This document shows positions 1 through 10,022 of a stretch of DNA of 31,234 nucleotides, piece by piece. The stretch's first letter is position 1. Each line of letters starts with the position of its first letter. Location of the stretch: positions 1 to 31,234 of the IMG/VR virus record IMGVR_UViG_3300014775_001500. One strand, given 5' to 3'. The translations under genes were made by a program, and so were the position numbers. This DNA is from a virus. Its lineage: Duplodnaviria; Caudoviricetes. The notes beneath the pieces were generated by a model, which saw only the letters and a program-made list of their open reading frames with translations, was not told the DNA's origin and ran no database searches.

Positions 1-41
1 ACCAAAACGATCGCAACTATCAACCATGCTTTCGAGGTCAA
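1..41 (-). CDS. 5' part of a membrane-anchored coiled-coil protein (i-spanin-like) spanning the window junction
   Basis: TTG at 41-39 overlaps the TGA of the 38..316 gene and has AGGAGG upstream. It reads MTSKAWLIVAIVLV and continues in frame at 31234 into ORF 30970..31197. Confidence 0.75.
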   Translation of the reverse strand, partial: MTSKAWLIVAIVL

Positions 42-316
42 ACCGGCGGCCCTCCTTTTTGTAGCGGCGCGGGTTTCTTGTCGGCGCTCGGCCCTGCAAT
101 TGCAGCTTGAACGGCCTTTGCTTGCGACGTTTTGACCGCCGCCGACGCCGCTTTGTTGACGCCAAAACAACCCGCCGAGAACGTCAAGACCGTTGCGCTT
201 TGTCCGTTGTTGAGAAACGCCAGAACAAGCCCGGCGACGCCAGCGACGAATCCCATCACCTCCGACGGCGAAAGCCCGTCAACGTCCGAAAAAAGTTCAA
301 CAAGTGCGTTTTTCAT
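38..316 (-). CDS. putative holin (small membrane protein)
   Basis: 92 aa with one or two hydrophobic segments (VMGFVAGVAGLVLAFL; ATVLTFSAGCFGV) and a basic tail. Lies at the end of the late arm among other membrane proteins. Confidence 0.5.
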   Translation of the reverse strand: MKNALVELFSDVDGLSPSEVMGFVAGVAGLVLAFLNNGQSATVLTFSAGCFGVNKAASAAVKTSQAKAVQAAIAGPSADKKPAPLQKGGPPV

Positions 317-663
317 CGTTTGCCTTTTTCAACTTTCGCGGCCGCCGGGGCCGGCTTGGGGGCCATGTACAACGAAACAAGCCCCGCGATCACCGGGCCG
401 AGGAACAATTGAGCAACGACCGCCGCAACCATGATCCGGGTCAACGTTTGTTCATGTTTGGCAACTTGCGCGACGAGTTCTTTGAGTTGCGTAGGGCTGG
501 CGGCCTCCGCAATCCGGGCAAGCGTCGTTTCTTGTTGCCGGGTTGCCTCGCGCAAGTGCGCAAGATCCGACTCAACCCGCGTAATACGGTCGCGAATGTC
601 CACGATTTGATCCTCGGTTTGCGCCTGTTTTCGGGCGTTTTGTTTCAATTGTTCGGCGACCAT
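313..663 (-). CDS. coiled-coil protein with C-terminal TM helix (lysis-cassette-type membrane protein)
   Basis: Heptad-rich region followed by IMVAAVVAQLFLGPVIAGLVSLYM. ATGA overlap with the downstream gene. Start uncertain (ATG 663 or GTG 684). Confidence 0.6.
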   Translation of the reverse strand: MVAEQLKQNARKQAQTEDQIVDIRDRITRVESDLAHLREATRQQETTLARIAEAASPTQLKELVAQVAKHEQTLTRIMVAAVVAQLFLGPVIAGLVSLYMAPKPAPAAAKVEKGKR

Positions 664-673
664 GCGAACCCAT

Positions 674-838
674 TCAATCCGCACTTTCGCCGCTCGCTTC
701 CCAAACGTCGCTCGAAGCCCTCGCCAGCGCTTCGAGCGTTTGGTTTTGGCTTTCAAGATACGCGCAAAACTCCGCCGTTGCGCGGTCTATTTCGTGGATC
801 GTCTCGTCAAGGTCGAGTGGTTGCGCTTGCGCTGTCAT
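674..838 (-). CDS. small acidic hypothetical protein (54 aa)
   Basis: ATG at 838 preceded by GGGGG. MTAQAQPLDLDETIHEIDRATAEF fills the gap in the operon. Confidence 0.5.
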   Translation of the reverse strand: MTAQAQPLDLDETIHEIDRATAEFCAYLESQNQTLEALARASSDVWEASGESAD

Positions 839-1499
839 ATTTAGCCCCCGTGCTAGCCGCGACCGTGCCGCTTGTTTCTGCCAAAATGCAAGCCGTAACG
901 TTGACCGCGCCGCCCGCGCCCGTCCAACCCGCCAACAAATCGTACCCTTGCCAGCCGCCCGACGCAACCGGGATCCCTGCAATCGTGATCCACTTCGACG
1001 ACGTAACGCCCGACGCGACCGTTTCGGTTGTCGTCGTTGAATTACTACCGCCCTCGACGTTGCGCAAAACGAACTTGAAATCGCTACTTGTTCCCGAGTT
1101 GTTGGTCATGACGACAAAGGCTTTCGCTTCGAGGGTCGGAGGCCCGGCAAGTTGATCCGTGATCGCGGGGTTGACGTACGCCCGAAAGGCCGGGCTTTTG
1201 TCGGTCAACGAAACTGGCGTCGCAACTGCGCCGGCGTCGCTTAGTAAGTACCCGACCGTTTCGCCAGTATCAAAGCCGCCAACAAACGATCGGAAAATAG
1301 GCCGGCCGCCTTGCAAGCTGTGATCGTGACCGGCGACCGTTTGCGCACCCGCCCCCGGCGCTGGCGACCCCGTCAACGCTTCAAACAATCCGTTGACGTT
1401 GTGAAACAACGACGACGCCAAAACAAATCGACCCGGCCGCCCGATTTGATACAAACTCCACTTGATCGCTTGCCAACCGCTTGTAACGTAACCCATCAC
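807..1499 (-). CDS. putative tail fibre/tip protein, GHDH paralog 3
   Basis: N-terminal NGLFE...APGAGAQTVAGHDH...GGR motif shared with the two upstream genes; beta-rich C-terminus; lies after the tail tip gene. Confidence 0.6.
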   Translation of the reverse strand: MMGYVTSGWQAIKWSLYQIGRPGRFVLASSLFHNVNGLFEALTGSPAPGAGAQTVAGHDHSLQGGRPIFRSFVGGFDTGETVGYLLSDAGAVATPVSLTDKSPAFRAYVNPAITDQLAGPPTLEAKAFVVMTNNSGTSSDFKFVLRNVEGGSNSTTTTETVASGVTSSKWITIAGIPVASGGWQGYDLLAGWTGAGGAVNVTACILAETSGTVAASTGAKYDSASATTRP

Positions 1500-2206
1500 G
1501 CGCCCCCAAGGGGCGAAACGCCCGTGCTAGATTCAAAGCAACCGTCGACGTCGGCGGCCTCAAAAAGGCAAATGTGCGACGTGTACACGGTCGGCGAATC
1601 GTGATCGCTCATCAATTCGAGAGTGTATTCGTTCCAGCCCGACGAAATAGGTACTTCGGTCAAAAGCAACGCCGGCGAGGCCGAAACTATACCCGTTGAT
1701 CCGGGAATGTTGAACGTGACAACGTCCGACGTTTTCGACGTTGTGTTGTTTTGCAACCTCGCCGAAATCACGCGGGCCGTGCCGTGCGTTTCGTACTGAA
1801 AACGAAGCGAACACCACGCGACCGGGTTTGTATACGGCGACGAGGATCCCGACGTTGTCGCGCTGGAATACGCCCAAAACGTAGTCGACCGCTGGCGGCT
1901 TGACGTGTTCGCGTTGTCGGCGTTTCCCCAAACGCCAGACCCGGGGCCGACAAACTTAAAAAACTGATTTTTGCCCGCTCCGCCCGAGTACAACGAACCG
2001 CGCGCAACCACGCGCCCGCCTTGCGTCGCGGTGTGATCGTGGCCCTGTATCGCTTGCGAAGTCGCGCCCGGCGCGGCCTTGTCAAGAATAAACTCGAAAA
2101 GAGCATTCGCCGACGAGGTCGCACGAAACAAAACCTCGGCGTCAATCCATTGATTCGCGGCCGTCATTTCGTTCACTAGGGAAGAAAACCACCGGTAAAC
2201 ACTCAC
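1496..2206 (-). CDS. putative tail fibre/tip protein, GHDH paralog 2
   Basis: NALFE...APGATSQAIQGHDH...GGR motif; GTGA overlaps with both neighbours. Confidence 0.6.
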   Translation of the reverse strand: MSVYRWFSSLVNEMTAANQWIDAEVLFRATSSANALFEFILDKAAPGATSQAIQGHDHTATQGGRVVARGSLYSGGAGKNQFFKFVGPGSGVWGNADNANTSSRQRSTTFWAYSSATTSGSSSPYTNPVAWCSLRFQYETHGTARVISARLQNNTTSKTSDVVTFNIPGSTGIVSASPALLLTEVPISSGWNEYTLELMSDHDSPTVYTSHICLFEAADVDGCFESSTGVSPLGGA

Positions 2207-2883
2207 AACACAACCCCCGCAAGCGGTACGGTCAAGCCCTCAACCTCGGCGATCGCGACGCTGTAGACTTGAAACGTCGCGTCGGTTTCAGCTTCGAGGG
2301 TCGCTTGAAACCCGTTCGTTTCGCCCGGAAAACAGGGAAACGACATCTTGATCCATTGGTACGTCGGGCTTTCGGCGTCGTCGGTTGAGTTCGGCAACGT
2401 ATACTCGCGCAACGAACCGACGCCCCGGGTTGTCGCAACGACCGACGCGGCGGCCTCGCGCGGGCGGATCGTTATATCCGAGCCAACGCAATCGTAACAC
2501 AACCAAACCTCGACCGGCCCCGAAACGCGCGGGGATACAAAGTAGCGACCCACGTCGCCAAAATAACCCGGGATCGTGGCCCACGCGTCGTACGTCATGT
2601 CTTGCGGGGTTTTTGCGGTCAACGCCAACGAGAACAACGCCGACGATCCGCCGTCGAGGGCGTACAAAAGGCCCCGTTGCATTGCAGGGCCTCCGCCGGG
2701 GCCGTGGTCGTGTCCTTCCCAAAGTTGCGAACCCGACGCCTTGCCGACGGCCGCGTCGTCGCTGGCGGCCTCATAAAGCGCGTTGACGGCTTGAAAAACA
2801 CGGGTCAACCATGTCTCCGTGATAGCGTCGCCGACCTCGACCGCGTCAAACGCTAGCTTTTGAAATAGTGACGTGATCGCCAT
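2203..2883 (-). CDS. putative tail fibre/tip protein, GHDH paralog 1
   Basis: ATG 2883 (TAATG coupling with upstream gene), MAITSLFQKL...NALYE...GHDHGPGGG. Confidence 0.6.
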   Translation of the reverse strand: MAITSLFQKLAFDAVEVGDAITETWLTRVFQAVNALYEAASDDAAVGKASGSQLWEGHDHGPGGGPAMQRGLLYALDGGSSALFSLALTAKTPQDMTYDAWATIPGYFGDVGRYFVSPRVSGPVEVWLCYDCVGSDITIRPREAAASVVATTRGVGSLREYTLPNSTDDAESPTYQWIKMSFPCFPGETNGFQATLEAETDATFQVYSVAIAEVEGLTVPLAGVVL

Positions 2884-5330
2884 TACAACCCCCACCGGTT
2901 CGGATCGTCGCTTGTCCCGAGTTTCTCGGTTGCCGCGTCGGCGGCAGCTAAGTAAACCCCTTGACGCTCGCCAGCGGTCGCGCCCGCGCCGACATCCTGC
3001 CAGCGGTCGAGCCGCACGACGTCGCCGGCTGCGATCGTCCAAGCGCCCGGCGTTGACGAAAGTTCGATTTCGCGCGCGCCCGGGTTGATTGCGGCGATCG
3101 TTGCGTCGTGCGTGTTGATTGTACCGCCCAAGCTCGAAACATCCCAAACCGTGATCGGGTCATTTTCTAAAAACCATTCGACATCGTCGACGCCGTCGCC
3201 GTTTGCGGGCGTTATGTCGGGATCCGTTGGCGAAAAGTGCGAAGTTGACGCGGGTTCGAGCGTCAAAACCGACCCCGCGACGCTGGCGACGATAGCCGAA
3301 AAACAAACCCGGCCGAGGTCGGCGGCTTGTCGTTTCTGCAAAAGTTCAAGCTCAACAACTCCGTTTTGATCCACCGGCGCGGCGCGTAGGATCTCAAAAT
3401 AGGCCCCGGTGTAACCTTGCCCGCCTTCAAGGTTTGCGAAATAGGGCAACGTAAACGCGACAATTTGCCCGGGACGGTACACGGTCGAGGGTGAGAGTAA
3501 GACTTGACAGGAAAAGCGCGCCAAGGGCCGCGAACGGGCTTTCAAAAGCGAAACGAGCAACGGGATCACAACGGCAACCCCGCCGCTTTGCGTCAAACCG
3601 GGATCGTCAAGTTTGAGGTCAAGCCGGCCGTGCATTGCGACCGATTCGCGCTCGATAAGATTAAAGGCCCGCGCCGCGACGCCGTCGAGGTTGTAATCAG
3701 TTTCTATTCGCGCCGCGTTTTTGACCAAAGACAAATCGATCGGCATAGCCGGCAAGTCGTCGCGAACAAGCTGCGCAGATCCGACGGTATGGTTTGCCGT
3801 CGTCAACGGGTACACGTCGCCGCGACTTGTTGCCCTCAAAAGCCCATCCTCACAAAACACGAGATAACAATTCAGCGCGACCGACAAACGTTCGACAAGC
3901 TCGGCGACCGCGATCGGCTTGTCGATGTAATACCGGCGATCCGAAGAGAACGGCGCGAGGGCGTCAAGGCTGGCGTCGTCAACCTCCGCCGAAGTGAAAC
4001 CAAGGCCCCAAGGATAGGGCAAAACGTCGTAAAGACCCGACCCGGGGCCGTTTGTACCGTCGCCGTTTAACGAGTAGAGAACTTGACGTAACATCAAAAG
4101 CGCGTCGCCTTGCCAGCGTCTAACCTCTGAAACCTCGGCGTTTTGTTCGTGTGTCTGCGCTTGTGAAAAATCGAACGCGCGGATCTGGTGGGGATCCCGA
4201 ATCAGTTGTTGATAGCGGCCGACGACGACGTCGCCAGCCGAAACCGTCAACGATCCGTTGTGCGTGACCGTAAACGTACCCGTTCGGCTTGTCGGCGTTG
4301 TTTTGGCGACGACTTGCAAACCCTCGCCGCCGCTCAAAAGGTCGCCGGCGCTGTCTTCGAGGTCGAGCAAATCGCCAACCTCAACAAAACGGCCGTCCCC
4401 TTGCGCGTCGACCGTTTGCGTCAACGTCAACGTTTGACCCGATACGCTCGAAACCTCAAACTCAAAAAGCGGATGTTGTGTGAATTGATATCGGATCAAC
4501 TCGTTGTTGATTCGCAAGAAACCCGGAAAGGCCGCCCCGCCCCTGTACCCGTGCGCCGGAAACGGCGTTTCCTTGTCTTTCAACCTCAAAACAAACTCTT
4601 CGGCCGAAGTCGAAACGCCCGGCGCAAGTGCGCCTTGCCCGCCCGGGTACAACATATCCGCACGCAAAACCCCGCTCGCGAAGTCGCCGCCGAAGGCTTG
4701 CGAATCGTTGATCCGTTGTTGGCCCGATACAATCGAAAGTTTCACGCCGCCCGCGTTTTGCTCGGCGTTTTCAATATACCCGACGAAGCGGCGCACAGTG
4801 TCGGCGTAGTCGTCGAGCTTAACCCATTTGAGTTCGACCTTGCGACCAAGCAAAAACGGGTTGAACCCGTACACGTTGAAGCCGACCGAATGAGCGGCCG
4901 CCGTCGTGCCGAGTTGCGCCCGGTTGATCGATATGTCGTCATAACCGACGCCAGCGGTTGACCCGGTCGCGTATACGGCCTCGCGTTCGATCCAAAGGTA
5001 GCCCGGGATCGTGTACACGCTCGCCGAAGCGACGCGAAGCGTTGACGCACTCGACGAAATACCCGCCAACAAGGGCGAAATCGGACTTGTCTTTTGCGCG
5101 TTGAAAAGTTCGGGCGCGCGGGTCAGTTGTACGCTTGTTCCTCCGAGATCCGTTTTGCTCGTGTACGGGTCAACGCCAACCGTCAAGCCCGACGGGATCG
5201 GAGTTGCAATCCGAACAAGGGTTTGATTATTGACCGCGTAGGCTTGCGCGCCGACGATCCGTTCGTGCGATACAAGCGCGAAGTCGGATCCGAAAATGTC
5301 AATCAACAAGCCGTAGTTTCGCGCCGTCAT
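2883..5330 (-). CDS. large tail tip / baseplate hub protein
   Basis: 815 aa, two genes downstream of the tape measure; beta-rich with hub-like C-terminal half (ESVAMHGRLDL...YRPGQIVAF). Confidence 0.65.
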   Translation of the reverse strand: MTARNYGLLIDIFGSDFALVSHERIVGAQAYAVNNQTLVRIATPIPSGLTVGVDPYTSKTDLGGTSVQLTRAPELFNAQKTSPISPLLAGISSSASTLRVASASVYTIPGYLWIEREAVYATGSTAGVGYDDISINRAQLGTTAAAHSVGFNVYGFNPFLLGRKVELKWVKLDDYADTVRRFVGYIENAEQNAGGVKLSIVSGQQRINDSQAFGGDFASGVLRADMLYPGGQGALAPGVSTSAEEFVLRLKDKETPFPAHGYRGGAAFPGFLRINNELIRYQFTQHPLFEFEVSSVSGQTLTLTQTVDAQGDGRFVEVGDLLDLEDSAGDLLSGGEGLQVVAKTTPTSRTGTFTVTHNGSLTVSAGDVVVGRYQQLIRDPHQIRAFDFSQAQTHEQNAEVSEVRRWQGDALLMLRQVLYSLNGDGTNGPGSGLYDVLPYPWGLGFTSAEVDDASLDALAPFSSDRRYYIDKPIAVAELVERLSVALNCYLVFCEDGLLRATSRGDVYPLTTANHTVGSAQLVRDDLPAMPIDLSLVKNAARIETDYNLDGVAARAFNLIERESVAMHGRLDLKLDDPGLTQSGGVAVVIPLLVSLLKARSRPLARFSCQVLLSPSTVYRPGQIVAFTLPYFANLEGGQGYTGAYFEILRAAPVDQNGVVELELLQKRQAADLGRVCFSAIVASVAGSVLTLEPASTSHFSPTDPDITPANGDGVDDVEWFLENDPITVWDVSSLGGTINTHDATIAAINPGAREIELSSTPGAWTIAAGDVVRLDRWQDVGAGATAGERQGVYLAAADAATEKLGTSDDPNRWGL

Positions 5331-6166
5331 TCTGCGCCCCTTGCGACGAGTTCGCCGGAGTAGTACGGGTATCCTTGCACGGTTCGTTCGCTAAATGTGC
5401 GCCTTTGGCAACTTTCAAGCGTCAACTTGTATTGATAGGAAACCGAATCGTCGGAGTAGTCGGGATAGAAGCGAAACGCGCCGCCAGTCTTTGCCCACGG
5501 CCCCCAAAATTGGACGTATTGATCCCGGCTGGCTTGCGTTATATAGCGAAACCGCCAGCGCCGAACCTGATTTTTGCCCAAAAAGCGCGGGAATTGCGAC
5601 GCCGTGTTTGACGTGATCCACCCGGTGAAATCGTAGGTTTCGACCGTCCCGTCGATTGCGACCGCTTGCACGATCGTCGCGTCGTCGATCCCGCCGTCGT
5701 CGTCTTGCGCCGGTTGCGAAGGAAACCAAACCACGCCCGCGACCGCCGGGCTTGTGTGGCTTGCCGCGTAGGCCGTCAACGACGAGGCCGCCGCCCATCC
5801 CAAAAAGTTCGGCCCGTATTGTTCAACCGACCAAGTGTTGCCGTTTGAATCTTCCGTGCCGCCGATCCAAACGTTGCCCGCTTGCGAGGTGCGCGGGTCG
5901 ATCGCGAAGTTTTCGGATCCGCTTGTTCGCTCGACCGTATATTTTCCGGTTGCAACGGCAAAGGTCACGGAGTACGCGTTGCCGGCAACGGAGGCCGAAG
6001 TCATGGCGCTCGACAAGCTCGTCGCCAGTTCGTCGGGGTAGTATTCGCCGAACCCAAGCGTTGCCGTGTTTGCGCCGCTCGTTTCCTCCGAAAAATAAAC
6101 CTCGTTGTTGGTCGATTCGATTGTGATTTTCCCGACAAACGCGGGCGGATTTCCTAGCCCCATCAC
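5327..6166 (-). CDS. putative distal tail protein
   Basis: 279 aa immediately downstream of the tape measure and coupled to it; call based on position. Confidence 0.5.
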   Translation of the reverse strand: MMGLGNPPAFVGKITIESTNNEVYFSEETSGANTATLGFGEYYPDELATSLSSAMTSASVAGNAYSVTFAVATGKYTVERTSGSENFAIDPRTSQAGNVWIGGTEDSNGNTWSVEQYGPNFLGWAAASSLTAYAASHTSPAVAGVVWFPSQPAQDDDGGIDDATIVQAVAIDGTVETYDFTGWITSNTASQFPRFLGKNQVRRWRFRYITQASRDQYVQFWGPWAKTGGAFRFYPDYSDDSVSYQYKLTLESCQRRTFSERTVQGYPYYSGELVARGAE

Positions 6167-9012
6167 CTAGCCCCCACGGTTCGCGCGTTGCTTTGTTGCC
6201 ACTGTTTGAATTGGCGAAACTCTTGCTCGGGCGTACCCAACGACCACGGCGCGCGATTGAACAAAATATAAGTCTCTTGCGTGGTTGTTTCGGCTTGCCG
6301 GGTCGGCGCGGCGCTCGGCGTCGACCGTAGGGCGTTGATGCCGGCCGTTGACGCACTCGAACCCGACCCGCCGGCGAAAGCCTTGGCAAACCCGCCGCCA
6401 GTAGCAAGGGCCGCCCCGATACCGATCAAAGCCGGGCCGCGCGCAACGTCGCCGGTCAACAATAGCCCGGTTCCCGCCGTGATAAAAAACGATCCAAGTT
6501 GCACGGCAAGATCCGACAAAAACGAAAGCGCGCGCTTTCGAAAGTCGGCTCCAAAGTCGAAGCCGCGCAACCCTTGCGCGAGTTGCCCGAGGCCCTCGCC
6601 GAGTTTCACAAGCGAATCGGTCGCGAATTGGATCGCCGACTTTGCAAGCCCGCCAAGTTGTTGTCCTAGCGCGTTTGAGAAGTTGCGGGCCGTTGCCTCG
6701 GCGTCGGCGAACGCTTGACGCAAACCGCCGGCGAAAGTCGTAGCACGTTGCGCGTTTTCGACAAGCTGCGCCCCGACTTGCTTTTGTAACTGGCGTTGAT
6801 CTTCGAGGGCCTTTTTTTGCACTTGCAACGCTTGGACGCGTTTTTGTCCTGCCGCGCTTGCCGCTGCGTTGCCTTTCAAGGCGTCTGCGCCCGCTTTCAA
6901 GGCCGTCCTTTCGATTTCTTGGTTGGTTGCTAGGATCTTTTGATCAATGTCCAAAATAGCCCGCTTTGCGGCGATCCTTTGTTGCTCAACTTGGGCAAGC
7001 GCCGAAAGCCCGCGCGCGGTCAAAAGTGCCGCTTGCGTTGTTCGCTTTTCAAGGTCGGCGTTTTGCTGGATCCGCTTTGACAAGGCCGCCGCGCGTTTGA
7101 TCTCTTGTTCGCGTTCAAGGCTGGCGAGGCTTTTTTGCAGTTGAATCGCGACGTTTTGGAGTTCGTTTTGCCGCTGATACTCGGCCGAAAACTTCGCCGT
7201 CCTCGTCAATTGGTTGTTTGTAATCGTCAACAACGCCCGGGCTTCAACAAGCCGAACGCCCGAGGCCGTCGCGATTGTCTTTTCAAGGGCCGCTTGACGA
7301 ATCAACAAAACCTCGCGTTGTGCGGCCAACTGGCGAAGCGTGGTTTGTACGTCCGTGTTGCGGTCGTTTTCGAGCTTGGCAAGGGCCGCTTGTTGCGCGT
7401 TTGACGTCAAAAACGAGTTTTGCGCCCTCAACTCCGAAGTGACAACCTTTTGATTTCGGAGGTATTCGCGCGCGTCGTCAAGGCCCGCTTTGCTTTGAAT
7501 CGCAAAAATCACCGCGCTTTGCTTTTGTTGGTCGGTCAACGTTTTGTTTTGACGAATCAAGGCGAGTTGTTGATTCAACGGCTTGTCGATCACTTTTAAA
7601 ACCGACAACAAGGCCGCCCGGGTTTGACGCGTCGACAAGAAAACCTTTGCTTTTTCTGGCAAGTCGCGAAGGGCCGAGAACACGCCCGAAATCGTGCCGC
7701 CGAGGTTCGAAAGGGCGTCAAGGGCGTTTGATAGAAAGTTACGCGTCAAGGCCCGCGCTTCGCTTTGTAAGGCCGCCCGCTCGGCCGCTATCTCTTGCGC
7801 CGCTCGTGAAACGCCCCGGCGGCCGCCTCGAACGCCAGCCCCAAACAAAACCCGCGCTTGTTGCACTTGATCCCGCGTTCGTCGAAGCAACGGCGCAAAC
7901 TCTGGAGCCGTTGTTGCCGTTTGCGCTGGCGGTAGGGTTGCGGCTTGCTTTTGTGTTGCCTTTCTCGTCGACTTCAAAAACGACGCTGTAATTTGTGCAA
8001 CCAAAGCCGGCGGAAAAATTGCCGCCAGAAACAACCCCGGGTTTTTTTTCAGATACGCCAGAAACAACCCAAAGCCCGATTTCAAGGCCGAAGCAAAAAC
8101 AAGCGCAAGTTGTTTGCCAAGGGCCGCTTGCAACGACCCGCCCGCCTTGATCTCGGCTTTGAGTTTCTTGATCGCCTTCGTTATTTTTCGGGGCAAGTCT
8201 TCGATGAAAGGCACAAGCGAGTTTTTGACGAAGGCGTCAATCCGCTTGACGATACCGTCGACGCCGCCGAGCTTTTGAACAAGTTGCAAAACAGCCGGGG
8301 CAACCGCCCGCAACACTCCGAACCCGACGTCGGCAAGGCTCGACCTTAGTTTTGTAATCGGGGAAACGATGTCCTTTTTCACGATTGCGTCGAGCGTTGT
8401 TCCAAGCCGCCCCGCGCCTTTGTTGACAAGGCCGAGAGCAATTTGAACCTTGTCATATTTCGTCAACTCCCGGTCAAGGGCGTTGGCTCGTTGCTGCGTT
8501 GCAAGGGCAAGCTCGCCGGAACGAACCCCGATCTTTTGCAAAACGTCGTCGGCGACTTCGCCGCTTGCCAGTTGTTGCAACAACTCCGACCGGGGCAAGC
8601 CCGAAACAAACGCCAGCGCGCGCGAAGCCTTTGCGATTTGCGGCGAAAGTTCTTTGCCTATCCCGGCCGCTTGCAATTCGATCAACGTGCCGAAGGCTTG
8701 TTGCTTTGAAATCGCGCCGTCAAGTTGCTTTTGCAGGGCGGCCGCGTCGGCAACCGTAACTCCGAAAAACTTTCCTCGCTCGATTTGCTGCCCGGTTTGC
8801 ACAACCGCTTTCAACGCTCGGTCGAGGCCGTCAAGCGCGCCTTTTGCAAGGTCGACCGCAGAGGAAAATCCGGTGACAATGTTTCCGAGGCTGGCGGCGC
8901 TTTTTGTGATTGAGGAAAACGAACGTTTTGCGGTTTGTTGGAGTTTGCGAAAACCGTTTTGCGCGCCTTTTATGTCGGCTGTAATCGGGATTTGAAGCGG
9001 AGTCGTCGCCAT
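6163..9012 (-). CDS. tail tape measure protein
   Basis: 949 aa Ala/Leu/Gln-rich helical protein; N-terminus LQIPITADIKGA typical of TMPs; internal hydrophobic segments; follows the chaperone frameshift pair. Confidence 0.85.
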   Translation of the reverse strand: MATTPLQIPITADIKGAQNGFRKLQQTAKRSFSSITKSAASLGNIVTGFSSAVDLAKGALDGLDRALKAVVQTGQQIERGKFFGVTVADAAALQKQLDGAISKQQAFGTLIELQAAGIGKELSPQIAKASRALAFVSGLPRSELLQQLASGEVADDVLQKIGVRSGELALATQQRANALDRELTKYDKVQIALGLVNKGAGRLGTTLDAIVKKDIVSPITKLRSSLADVGFGVLRAVAPAVLQLVQKLGGVDGIVKRIDAFVKNSLVPFIEDLPRKITKAIKKLKAEIKAGGSLQAALGKQLALVFASALKSGFGLFLAYLKKNPGLFLAAIFPPALVAQITASFLKSTRKATQKQAATLPPAQTATTAPEFAPLLRRTRDQVQQARVLFGAGVRGGRRGVSRAAQEIAAERAALQSEARALTRNFLSNALDALSNLGGTISGVFSALRDLPEKAKVFLSTRQTRAALLSVLKVIDKPLNQQLALIRQNKTLTDQQKQSAVIFAIQSKAGLDDAREYLRNQKVVTSELRAQNSFLTSNAQQAALAKLENDRNTDVQTTLRQLAAQREVLLIRQAALEKTIATASGVRLVEARALLTITNNQLTRTAKFSAEYQRQNELQNVAIQLQKSLASLEREQEIKRAAALSKRIQQNADLEKRTTQAALLTARGLSALAQVEQQRIAAKRAILDIDQKILATNQEIERTALKAGADALKGNAAASAAGQKRVQALQVQKKALEDQRQLQKQVGAQLVENAQRATTFAGGLRQAFADAEATARNFSNALGQQLGGLAKSAIQFATDSLVKLGEGLGQLAQGLRGFDFGADFRKRALSFLSDLAVQLGSFFITAGTGLLLTGDVARGPALIGIGAALATGGGFAKAFAGGSGSSASTAGINALRSTPSAAPTRQAETTTQETYILFNRAPWSLGTPEQEFRQFKQWQQSNARTVGAR

Positions 9013-9013
9013 T

Positions 9014-9433
9014 TTATCGGCCTTTCATGGTTTGCGCCTTGCGGGCGCGTTCGGCTTTCTTTTGACGTTGATCAAGATCCCAATTCGCGGCGCTCGCTTC
9101 AAGGCCCTCACAACAAAACATGACCTCACAAAAAAGGGCGCTTTGATCTTCCCAATTCCCCGGGCCGGGCAAGTGTCCGCGCTTGTACGCCCGGTAGAGT
9201 TGGAGGGCCGCTTGTACCGCTGGCGGCTTGAAGAGAGAGATGGGGCAACGGCGGGTCGGTTTGCCTGCTACCTCATAAACAAACCCGCCGCGTTCGGGAC
9301 TATCGCCCAAACAACCCCACAACTCCGCAACCTTGGGATCCTTGGAACAAATCGAACAATCGTTTTTCAGGCCGTCCGATACCTTTAAAAAAGGCCAGAA
9401 AAACGCCGCTTCTAGTCCCGGAATCAGTTTCCC
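9014..9433 (-). CDS. tail assembly chaperone, -1 frameshift extension (gpGT-like)
   Basis: The -1 frame from GGGAAAC (9433-9427) is open to the stop at 9014: GKLIPGLEAAFFWPFLKVSDGLKNDCSICSKDPKVAELWGCLGD... Confidence 0.75.
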   Translation of the reverse strand, partial: GKLIPGLEAAFFWPFLKVSDGLKNDCSICSKDPKVAELWGCLGDSPERGGFVYEVAGKPTRRCPISLFKPPAVQAALQLYRAYKRGHLPGPGNWEDQSALFCEVMFCCEGLEASAANWDLDQRQKKAERARKAQTMKGR

Positions 9434-9999
9434 GCGTTGCTTTCGTCGGCGTCCATTAAATAGCCGCCGATCTCTTCGAGAATTGGATCAAGAAACTCGA
9501 CGCAGGGCTCGCCGTCGTTGCCCAAGGGCGCAAGCTCGGCAAGCGTCGCGGGCGCAAGTTCTAGCAATCCGAACTTGTTTTTGATCCGTTGCACTTCGAC
9601 GCCGTCAACGTCGACGATGCAAAATAGGCCGAGACTCCGTTGGGCGGAGGTCAATCCTAACAGAGTCCCGTTCCCGGCGCTGTACTTTGCCGACCCGCCA
9701 GCGGGGCCAACATAGACAACGGCCGAGGTTTGGGAATCGACATCGATCCCGGCTAACTCGAACGCCGTCAATCGTTGCTTTGTTGTCGGGGACAAACAAT
9801 AGAAAACGATCGGCGTCGTGCCTTCGAGGCTTGCGACTTTTTGGGTGTGCTTTCGGCCGTCGTAAACTTCGCCGCCCTCGGGAGGGTCGGAAAAGTAAAC
9901 CCCGGCCGCGTTCATTGCTTCCCAATCAATCGCGGGATCGTACTTTGAAACGATACGGATCCGCCCCATGCGAAGGGCTTTGAGAGTGAACCTTGACAT
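9424..9999 (-). CDS. tail assembly chaperone (gpG-like)
   Basis: 191 aa between tail tube and TMP, GGAGG RBS, ends in a slippery heptamer. Confidence 0.75.
   Translation of the reverse strand: MSRFTLKALRMGRIRIVSKYDPAIDWEAMNAAGVYFSDPPEGGEVYDGRKHTQKVASLEGTTPIVFYCLSPTTKQRLTAFELAGIDVDSQTSAVVYVGPAGGSAKYSAGNGTLLGLTSAQRSLGLFCIVDVDGVEVQRIKNKFGLLELAPATLAELAPLGNDGEPCVEFLDPILEEIGGYLMDADESNAGN
9427..9433 (-). other. programmed -1 ribosomal frameshift slippery site G GGA AAC
   Basis: X XXY YYZ heptamer directly before the TGA of the chaperone gene, at the canonical position between tail tube and TMP. Confidence 0.8.
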
Positions 10000-10022
10000 T
10001 TGCTGACCTCCGAACGTCTAGG

